Of a stretch of 7,267 nt of DNA, positions 1 to 6,025 are shown one piece after another. The notes beneath the pieces were generated by a model, which saw only the letters and a program-made list of their open reading frames with translations, searched no databases and had not been told where the DNA came from. Numbering within the stretch: the first letter of the stretch is position 1; the number at the start of each line of letters is the position of its first letter. A program made the position numbers and the translations under genes. Source of the DNA: Octopus sinensis. Lineage: Eukaryota. The DNA lies in assembly GCF_006345805.1 (NCBI RefSeq), contig NW_021828890.1, forward strand, positions 1-7,267, written 5' to 3'.

Positions 1-329
1 GAGAGTGAGTGATGGAGGAGACAGTACATAAAACTCAGCCGATCAAGAGAGCCGAGCCGAGCCTTTGCATACAATTTTTATACACACATGTAATATTTCA
101 TTTTTACCCTATATTTTTAGATTTACATACATACGTGTATATATAAATAAAGAGAGAGAGATACACACCCACGTGAGTTATTAATTATTTGCAATACGCT
201 AACAATTTTTTTCTGTAAGTGAAAAAATTTGTTGCACATATACCATTAGGGCATATTCTTCCTCTATACAAAACCGTGCATGTTTGAACTAAAGATATCC
301 GTTAAATTGGTGTTGTTATTGTATTAAAC

Positions 330-470
330 CTGCTTTCTCCTTGCTGCAGAGATCAACGTTGAGTGTTCAGCTTTTTGGAAGGGTGGGCAGCTGAAGATAT
401 CTCTGTGACCGAAATCTGTCGAACTCTTTAAGCACATTATAGGATATAAGAACGGTGTTTTGCCTACAAG
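330..470. other. Candidate host exon, strand unresolved (minus-strand coding exon from 463, or plus-strand non-coding exon 350-470)
   Basis: About 44% GC over 331-470 versus about 29% over 181-320. Minus strand: acceptor ttcttatatttaccttgtag|G before 463. One frame gives QNTVLISYNVLKEFDRFRSQRYLQLPTLPKS* (stop 369-367); another stays open to a CAG|gtttaa donor at 330/329. Plus strand: acceptor ctgctttctccttgctgcag|A at 349/350 and donor AAG|gtaaat at 470/471, but stops in all three frames and no ATG. No protein recognised. Confidence 0.35.
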
Positions 471-563
471 GTAAATATAAGAATCTACTATAATAATACT
501 CTTGTGTCTTTCTCCGTTACAACATATGAGTGAGAAAGGAAGGGATGATAGATGAATCAGGAA

Positions 564-786
564 GGAAGGGGTGATGGAAGTTCTACAGTAAAAAAATCAA
601 CTCTGCGTGAGTAAATGTGTGTGTGTATGTAAAAGGGAGTCATGTGAATGTGTGTGTGTGTGTGTACAATGGAAGTGGGATGGTGAACATTCAACGCTGA
701 AAAGAAAAATCAAACAACGTTGCAACACTGTGTGAGTATATGTGTGTATGTGTGTGCGTGTACAAGGGAAATATGTGAATGTCTGT
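564..786 (+). repeat. Degenerate two-unit tandem duplication with embedded (TG)n
   Basis: Units at about 564-654 and 671-786 share motifs in the same order: ggaag..gatgg, aaaaatcaa, ctgYgtgagtaWatgtgtgt, gtaMaaggga, atgtgaatgt. Confidence 0.6.
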
Positions 787-943
787 ATTTATGATTATTT
801 TGTACCTTATTTATATATATGAAATACTACAATTAGCCGTCATTTTTGATGGTACGGGGCCAACAAGTAGATGTAATAATTAAAATTAATTATACAAGTG
901 TTGCACATCAAGAAAGAGTTGGACAGCCTTTAATGTCCTACGA

Positions 944-1099
944 CAGTGTTCCGCAATCTTTTTTCACTTGCGGTACACTTATTCTTTTCAAAATTTGGTG
1001 TCACACCTGGAATAAAAATATAACTAAAAGTATAGGGAAAAGAATTATATTCAAGTTACAGCACAGCGCACCTAGCATCATCTCGTAGCACACCAGTGC
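944..1099 (+). mobile_element. Probable hAT/Charlie-type non-autonomous DNA transposon (MITE) fragment, right TIR lost
   Basis: Begins CAGTGTTCCGCAATCTTTTTT and carries gcggtacac and gcacacc-like subterminal motifs (gcgcacctagca, gtagcacaccagtgcc), as I recall for Charlie-type MITEs. No matching right TIR or 8-bp TSD is visible. Confidence 0.45.
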
Positions 1100-1140
1100 C
1101 ATCAGTATAGAACAGTCCTCCGCACTGTCCTATACTGATG
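1100..1140. repeat. Inverted repeat / hairpin with 17-bp stem and 7-nt loop
   Basis: catcagtatagaacagt (1100-1116) pairs with actgtcctatactgatg (1124-1140) at 16/17 positions. The single A/C mismatch (1111/1129) is a G-U pair on the minus strand. Confidence 0.9.
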
Positions 1141-1310
1141 ATAACGTTGAACAAGTTTTGGACGTTGATTGGTTGAAGGGATAAATCAATAGTGAAGAAG
1201 TGGTGGATAGTATGCAAATTAGTCTTGGTCATTCTTCTGGAGACATTCGCAACTGATCTGGCTTTAGAATAATCAGTACAAGATTTGTTCCAGCTTAAAG
1301 AATTACACAA
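1117..1310 (+). pseudogene. Heavily decayed mariner transposase fragment (second HTH to WVP linker), irritans/Hsmar2-like
   Basis: Frame from 1134 reads TDDNVEQVLDVDWLKG*INSEEVVDSMQISLGHSSGDIRN*SGFRIISTRFVPA*RITQ. The ISxG-(15 aa)-STRxVP spacing matches the Hsmar2-type ISIG...STRWVP as I recall it. Three in-frame stops. Confidence 0.6.
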
Positions 1311-1390
1311 CCAAATTAGTTTAAAATCTGACTACGACATTTGAATCACTATTGTAATGAGTTACATAATTTTGAAAAAGAATCTCCGCT

Positions 1391-1517
1391 AGGCGCTGGC
1401 GTGGCTGTGTGGTAAGAAGCTTGCTTCTCAACCACATGATTCCGGGTTCAGTTCCACTTCATGGTACCTTGGATAAGTATCCTCTACTATAGTCTAGGAA
1501 ACGGAAAGCCCACCGTG

Positions 1518-1556
<39 letters not shown>
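1391..1556 (+). mobile_element. tRNA-derived SINE, family A, 5' half with internal deletion
   Basis: A box TGGCTGTGTGG (1402-1412) and B-box-like GTTCAGTTCC (1446-1455). Homologous to 2085-2432 (+) and 4810-5148 (-). Lacks about 35 nt present in those copies and ends in a (TA)n(TG)n tract at 1518-1556. Confidence 0.85.
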
Positions 1557-1622
1557 TTTGAAGAAATTTGATCACTTGTTTTCTTTATTCAAAATTCGGA
1601 CAGAACTTATGGGATGACCTGA
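1557..1622 (+). mobile_element. Solitary terminus (probable 3' end) of a mariner element
   Basis: TIR cggacagaacttatgggatgacctga (1597-1622) followed by TA (1623-1624); 24/26 identical to the TIR at 4550-4575. The subterminal sequence differs from that end and includes TTT GAA GAA ATT TGA (FEEI*), compatible with a transposase C-terminus. Confidence 0.75.
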
Positions 1623-1649
1623 TATATTCATCTCACATACCTACTAATT

Positions 1650-1967
1650 AGTGAAGGCACGTGGCTGAGTGGTTAGGGTATTCGGTTCACGATCGTAAGG
1701 TGGTGAGTTCAATTCCTGGTCTACGTTGTGTCCTTGAACAAGACACTTTATTTTATATTGTTCTAGTTCACTCAGCTGACAAAATGAGTAGTGCTTGTAT
1801 TTCAAACGGCCCACTGTGTCACACTGAATCTCCCTGTGATCTGCGTTAAGGGTACACGTGTCTGTGGAGTGATCAGCCACTTCCACGTTAATTTCGCGAG
1901 CAAGCTGTTACGTTGTTTGGATCAACTGGAACCAATGTCGTCGTAACCGATGGAGTGCAAGTTACCA
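1650..1967 (+). mobile_element. tRNA-derived SINE, family B, apparently full length
   Basis: A box TGGCTGAGTGG (1662-1672), B box GTTCAATTCC (1707-1716), then a CORE-like tgtgtccttgaacaagacacttt segment. Possible 7-bp TSD actaatt at 1643-1649 and 1968-1974. Confidence 0.85.
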
Positions 1968-2084
1968 ACTAATTCTATATTATTATTTATCCTTTGTAGA
2001 AATAACAATACTATATCTTGTATTTTCGGTTATATGGATAGGTTAAACTAATTAATTGCCCACTGAGAGTTTTGTTGATTCTTT

Positions 2085-2432
2085 GTGTGCTAAAGACGTT
2101 TGTTTCCCAATCACATGGCTTCGGTTCAGTCCCACCGCGTGGCACCTTGGGCGAGTGTTTTCTAAAATAGCCTCGGAACGATCACAGGCTTGTGAGTGGA
2201 TTTGCTAGACGGAAACTGAAAGAAGCTCGCCGTGTATGTGCGTGTGTGTCTTTGTGTTTGTTTTTCCGTCCCGTAACATAGCGGCTCGGCCAAAGACTGC
2301 CATAGCATAAGTACCAGGCTTTAAAAAAATTATAATAAGTACTGGAATTCGATTTGTTCCTCTAAAAAACTTTCAAGGTGATGTTCCAGTATGACCTCGG
2401 TCTAATGACCGACACAAGTAAAAGATAAAGAT
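2085..2432 (+). mobile_element. tRNA-derived SINE, family A, 5' end eroded
   Basis: Aligns by eye with 1405-1520 and with the reverse complement of 4810-5148. B-box-like ggttcagtccc, internal (TG) tract and acaagtaaaagataaagat tail. Confidence 0.85.
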
Positions 2433-2438
2433 GCAGAT

Positions 2439-2490
2439 ACGCGCGCGCGCACGCACACATGAACACACAACACACACACACGTCACACAC
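2439..2490. repeat. Compound (CG)n/(CA)n microsatellite
   Basis: cgcgcgcgcgc followed by interrupted (CA)n; alternating purine-pyrimidine tract. Confidence 0.9.
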
Positions 2491-2596
2491 GTAGTAGAAT
2501 TACAGGGAATTGTTACTTAAGGGGAAAGAATCACTTCAAAGTTTATGGACTTTTTTGGACTCTTCAGCTCGACCCAATTCAATTATTATTTTAAAC

Positions 2597-2662
2597 ATAT
2601 ATATACACATACAGATATGTGTGTGTGTGTGTGTGTGTTGTGTGTGTGTGTGTGTGTGCGTG
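2597..2662. repeat. (TA)/(CA) lead-in and (TG)n microsatellite
   Basis: Direct reading; near-pure (TG)n from 2618 to 2662 with one extra t and one cg. Confidence 0.95.
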
Positions 2663-2741
2663 TTTATCTATAATCGTTTTGTGTAGACAAAGAAAGGTAT
2701 AGCGAAATACGAAAGGAAACGAAGAAACGTGAAATAACTTT

Positions 2742-2985
2742 AGTATTTAGTTTAGTATTAAATGAGCCTTAATCGCGCAGAAGTACGATCACAGGCATTC
2801 CAACTCTGACCATCTCACTTCCCTTTCTGGAGTGGGTCTCCCTCTTTGTTCCTAAAGTTGTTTGTTCTTAGGTCCTATTTGACTGAATACACCCATGATC
2901 AAAATTGTTCCTATCACCCAGGCTATTTTAAGATGATAGAGTACGATTTGAGAGGAAATTCGCTACTATTTCTAGCCGGCCACGT
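2742..2985 (-). mobile_element. Decayed interspersed repeat, family C (SINE body or LINE 3' end, unclassified)
   Basis: Minus strand reads ctagaaatagtagcgaatttcctctcaaatc...gatggtcagagttggaatgcctgtgatc...ctaaactaaatactaaa. This resembles a repeat I recall from octopod DNA and ends in a short simple-repeat tail. Only one copy in the window, so there is no internal confirmation. Confidence 0.45.
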
Positions 2986-3054
2986 ATCCATGAAGAATAT
3001 TCTTTATTGGTTCCTTATTATTATTGCTTTTGTGATCGGTATTGTCTACATGGT

Positions 3055-3100
3055 CGTTGCTGTTGTTACTGCTGTTGTTGCTGCGATGTTGCCGCTGTTG
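3055..3100. repeat. Degenerate (TGT/TGC)n low-complexity tract
   Basis: gttgctgttgttactgctgttgttgctgcgatgttgccgctgttg. Confidence 0.8.
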
Positions 3101-3285
3101 TTTCACAAATCAGTAGAAGAGCAAGCATTAGTAGAACAAGGAACAGCTTCCGGGTAAGGAAACAGTGTTGGTTTTGTCTGGATATCCAAAATTCCTTGGA
3201 GAGGAACACCGTTCGTATATGGCCGGGATAGCCTAAGGGGGACAACTTGGCTTTCACTCAACTCAGCCACGAAGGAAGATCGTAA

Positions 3286-3318
3286 CAGCAGCAGCATCAG
3301 TAGTAGTAGTAGTAGTAG
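3286..3318. repeat. Compound (CAG)n(TAG)6 microsatellite
   Basis: cagcagcagcatcag followed by six tag units at 3301-3318. Confidence 0.9.
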
Positions 3319-3340
3319 TTCAATTGGTTGGCGGTAATAA

Positions 3341-3582
3341 CGGTGAGCTGGCAGAAACGTCGGCACGCCGGGCGAAATGCTTAGCTGCCACTACGTTCTG
3401 AGTTCAAATTCCGCCGAGGTCGACTTTGCGACTTTGTCGACTTTGCGACTTTGTCGACTTTCGGGGTCGATAAAATAAGTACCAGTTACGCACCGGGGTC
3501 GATGTAATCGACTTAATCCGTTTGTCTGTCCTTGTTTGTCCCCTCTGTGTTGAGCCCCTTGTGGGTAGTAAAGAAATAGGTA
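3341..3582 (+). mobile_element. tRNA-derived SINE, family D (tail variant 1)
   Basis: A-box-like TGGCAGAAACG (3349-3359) and B box GTTCAAATTCC (3402-3412). Homologous to 4709-4809, 5411-5613 and 5628-5826. Flanked by direct repeats ggtaataacggYgag (3333-3347 and 3579-3593). Confidence 0.9.
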
Positions 3583-3593
3583 ATAACGGCGAG

Positions 3594-3905
3594 TGGTGAT
3601 GAAGCTGGTTGTTGTTGCTGTTGCTGTTGTTGTTTGGTGGCACTACGTTTACCTATAACCTCTCTCATGGCTTTCTGATTGTTGCTGATTTTGTTAATGT
3701 TGTCATCGTCTTCGCCCTTGCAATTGTTGCTGTCTTTGCCGTGTTAGTGGTGAGTGGAAATTGTGGCATTGCTGGCGGAGATGCTGGTGATGATAGATGA
3801 AGGTGATGATAGATGAAGGTGATGATAGATGAAGGTGATGATAATGATGGTCGGTTGTAGTGTGACTGGAGATGGCACATGGTAGCAGTGCTGTCGTGGG
3901 GGTGA
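3594..3905. repeat. Low-complexity GTT/GCT/GAT-rich region
   Basis: Degenerate trinucleotide runs (gttgttgctgttgctgttgttg; gatgataatgatgg). Confidence 0.75.
3786..3843. repeat. Perfect 16-bp minisatellite, 3.6 copies
   Basis: ggtgatgatagatgaa at 3786, 3802 and 3818, plus partial ggtgatgata at 3834-3843. Confidence 0.95.
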
Positions 3906-3909
3906 TAGT

Positions 3910-4029
3910 TTAAAATTTCTTTGATTAAAATCCTTTCTAACATGGAAATATCCAAAGAGTATTTGAGGCACAAAACGCTTTATGAGTACGAAAAAGGAAA
4001 CTCTGCAGCCGAAGCAACTCAAAACATAT
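3910..4029 (+). mobile_element. Inverted duplicate of the mariner 5' UTR and transposase N-terminus
   Basis: ATG at 3942 gives MEISKEYLRHKTLYEYEKGNSAAEATQNI*. 112/120 nt identical to the reverse complement of 4304-4423. No TIR on this arm. Confidence 0.9.
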
Positions 4030-4391
4030 GAGTGTATGAGGCACCCATTTTCCAAGTTTAGGAACCTTTCCAAGTTGTCGAAGATGACGATGAACAGTTG
4101 TATGGTTTGAACTAAGCTTTATTGCCAATTCTTCAATTGATAATGCAGGATTTTCTTCAAGTAATGTCTCAAGGAGCTTATCATCAAATTCAACTGGACG
4201 TCCTGTTCAATCTTCATCTTCAAGGCTGAAATCCCCACTTCTGAATTTTGCAAACCATCTTCTGTAAGTTCTTTATTTCAAGTATCCTTTCCCATAAATG
4301 CGTATATGTTTGGAGTTGCTTCGGCTGCAGAGTTTCCTTTTTCGTACTCATAAAGCATTATGTGCCTCAAATGCTCTTTGGATATTTCCAT
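4030..4391 (-). pseudogene. Mariner transposase pseudogene, N-terminal DNA-binding domain only
   Basis: MEISKEHLRHIMLYEYEKGNSAAEATPNIY, then a frameshift, then YGKGYLK*RTYRRWFAKFRSGDFSLEDED*TGRPVEFDDKLLETLLEENPALSIEELAIKLSSNHTTVHRHLRQLGKVPKLGKWVPHTL. It has the GRP linker and a WVPHEL-type motif; the catalytic DD34D domain is absent. Confidence 0.92.
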
Positions 4392-4575
4392 GTTAGAAAA
4401 GGCTTTAATTAAAGAAATTTTAATTCCATTATTCTGTAAAATAATATTTACTTAATTTAAATGTACGCAAATGCATAAAAATAATTTTTATTTCCATTAG
4501 ACATTCTAAAATACTATTAAATTTCATTAAATTTTAAAAAAGGTAAAATCAGACAGAACTTATGGGATTACCTGA
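4030..4575 (-). mobile_element. 5' half of a mariner (Tc1/mariner) DNA transposon
   Basis: TIR at 4550-4575 (plus strand cagacagaacttatgggattacctga, followed by CA instead of TA), AT-rich 5' UTR, and transposase remnant from ATG 4391. Confidence 0.92.
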
Positions 4576-4708
4576 CAGATTTATCATTTTTATATGGTTA
4601 CAGACGTTTTGTAATCTTCTCCAAGTAGCATTATAAATTTCAGTATTCCATATTATATACGTACATTGTATATCAATATGCACAAATAGCAGTATATAAT
4701 ACAGTTAA

Positions 4709-4809
4709 GGTGGCGAGTTGGACGAAATGCTCAGCGGTATTTCGCCCGACGCTACGTTCTGAGTTCAAATTCCGCCGAGGTGGACTTTGCCTTTCATCCT
4801 TTCGGGGTC
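4709..4809 (+). mobile_element. tRNA-derived SINE, family D, 3'-truncated
   Basis: ggtggcgagttgg...gagttcaaattccgccgagg...ctttcggggtc. 20-nt deletion in the head relative to the 3341 copy; abuts the family A copy at 4810. Confidence 0.85.
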
Positions 4810-5148
4810 TTGAAGTGTTTAGTCGAACGGATCGATTCCAGTACTCATTTTAAAGCTTGGTATTTATACCATCGGTCTCTTTAGCCGGACCGGTAAGTTA
4901 CAGGAACGTAAACGAACCAACACTGGCTGTGAAGCGGTGGTGGGGAACAAACTCAACACAAAGTCAAGCAAACACACACACGCACACATACGACGGGCTT
5001 CTTTCAGTTGCTAACTACCAAATCCACTCACAAGGCTTTGGTCGGCCCGGGGCTATAGTAGAAGACACCTGCCTAAATGCCGTGTAGTGGGACTAAACCC
5101 CCAACCTTGGTAAGCAATCTTCTTAACAACTGATCCAGGCCTGCGCCT
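4810..5148 (-). mobile_element. tRNA-derived SINE, family A, minus strand, 3' tail missing
   Basis: Reverse complement starts aggcgcagg (5148) and continues ctactatagccccgggccgaccaaagccttgtgagtggatttggtag...gaaagaagcccgtcgtatgtgtg. It stops at ttcaag, where the 2085 copy continues gtgatgttccag. Confidence 0.88.
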
Positions 5149-5410
5149 ATGTATATTTACATAGAGATTATAATAGAGAAAGCTGACAAACGACTCATTT
5201 GATCAAATATACGGTAACATCATGGATACCCTAAATGTTGAATCCTGACTGATCGCTTGATCGAACGATTAATCAAACAATCGATTTTTCCCGATATTTT
5301 GTTCATATTCTACGCGGAGAACACACCAAAATTTTTCGAAGTTTCTCGCACTTGCCTTTTCTCCTTGCAGTGCTTGTGACAAAAATGCATAACAGTCATA
5401 ACCAATAAAT

Positions 5411-5613
5411 CGGCGAGCTGGCGGAATCGTTACCGCGACGGGCTAAATGCTTAGCAACATCTGTTCCGACTTTACGTTCTGAGTTCAAATGTCGCCGCAG
5501 TCGACTTTCCCTTTTATCTTTTCGTGAGCTTAAATAAGTACCAGTTGAATAGTAGGGTTGATGTTACTCCCACCTCTAAAATTGCTGGCCTCGTGCCAAA
5601 ATTTGAAACGAAT
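5411..5613 (+). mobile_element. tRNA-derived SINE, family D (tail variant 2)
   Basis: cggcgagctggcggaatcgtta head, gagttcaaat B box, taagtaccagttg core and ctggcctcgtgccaaaatttgaaacgaat tail. Confidence 0.85.
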
Positions 5614-5627
5614 ATAAATACATACCT

Positions 5628-5826
5628 AAGGCGGCGGCGAGCGGGCAGAATCGTTACTGCACCGACAAAAATGCTTAGCGTTCTGAGTATAAATGGCGTC
5701 AGGTTCGGCCTTGCCTTCACCCTTTTTGGATCGATAAAATAAGTACCAATTGAACACAGGAATCAATATAATCGACTTACCCGCTCCCTCGAATTTACTG
5801 GCCATGAGCCAAAGTTTGAAACGAAT
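5628..5826 (+). mobile_element. tRNA-derived SINE, family D (tail variant 2), internal deletion
   Basis: aaggcggcggcgagcgggcagaatcgtta head, 20-nt deletion after ttagcg, degraded B box (gagtataaat) and the same tail type as the 5411 copy. Confidence 0.82.
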
Positions 5827-5848
5827 CCGGATCTCTCTGTATGTATGA

Positions 5849-5881
5849 CTGTCTCTGTCTGTCTGTCTGTCTGTCTGTCTC
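5849..5881. repeat. (TGTC)n microsatellite
   Basis: Direct reading. Confidence 0.9.
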
Positions 5882-6025
5882 TTCTCTGTTTTTGGTATAT
5901 TGTAATAAATATTTCTTTAAGTTATAATAAAGACATTGGGACGTGTACGTTCTAAAAGTAAACCAACTGCCTTCTAACACGTAAGATTAAAACGAGGAAG
6001 GGAAAACAGAAAGTTACTTCAGTGT

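Noticed and set aside
544-556. 13-nt match gatgatagatgaa to the 16-mer minisatellite at 3786-3843
   Set aside because: Low-complexity GAT-rich word with no flanking similarity; chance is sufficient.
1100-1140. pre-miRNA or terminator interpretation of the hairpin
   Set aside because: At 41 nt it is too short for an animal pre-miRNA, has no U-tract, and is better explained as a junction duplication.
1212-1219. Octamer motif ATGCAAAT (snRNA distal element)
   Set aside because: It lies inside the decayed mariner reading frame and no snRNA-like sequence follows.
1653-1725. tRNA gene-like sequence (also 1392-1460 and 6029-6100)
   Set aside because: A and B boxes are present, but acceptor and anticodon stems pair poorly and each continues into a SINE body; these are SINE heads, not tRNA genes.
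2846-3157. 103-aa ORF with a transmembrane-like hydrophobic stretch (also 3609-3800)
   Set aside because: The hydrophobicity comes from degenerate GTT/GCT repeats, and the 5' part of the first ORF lies antisense to repeat family C.
3100-3290. Possible exon in the unique GC-richer segment (plus donor CGG|gtaagg at 3153/3154; minus acceptor cccccttag|G)
   Set aside because: No convincing matched acceptor/donor pair and no recognisable peptide in any frame; it may be an unrecognised repeat fragment.
3937-4128. Functional transposase or domesticated SETMAR-like gene from the 63-aa minus ORF
   Set aside because: It is the tail of a frameshifted, stop-containing pseudogene read through the fold-back junction; the catalytic domain is absent.
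1597-4575. Composite transposon bounded by the two mariner TIRs
   Set aside because: Both TIRs read in the same (right-end) orientation and no left-end TIR exists in the window, so they cannot form a transposable pair.
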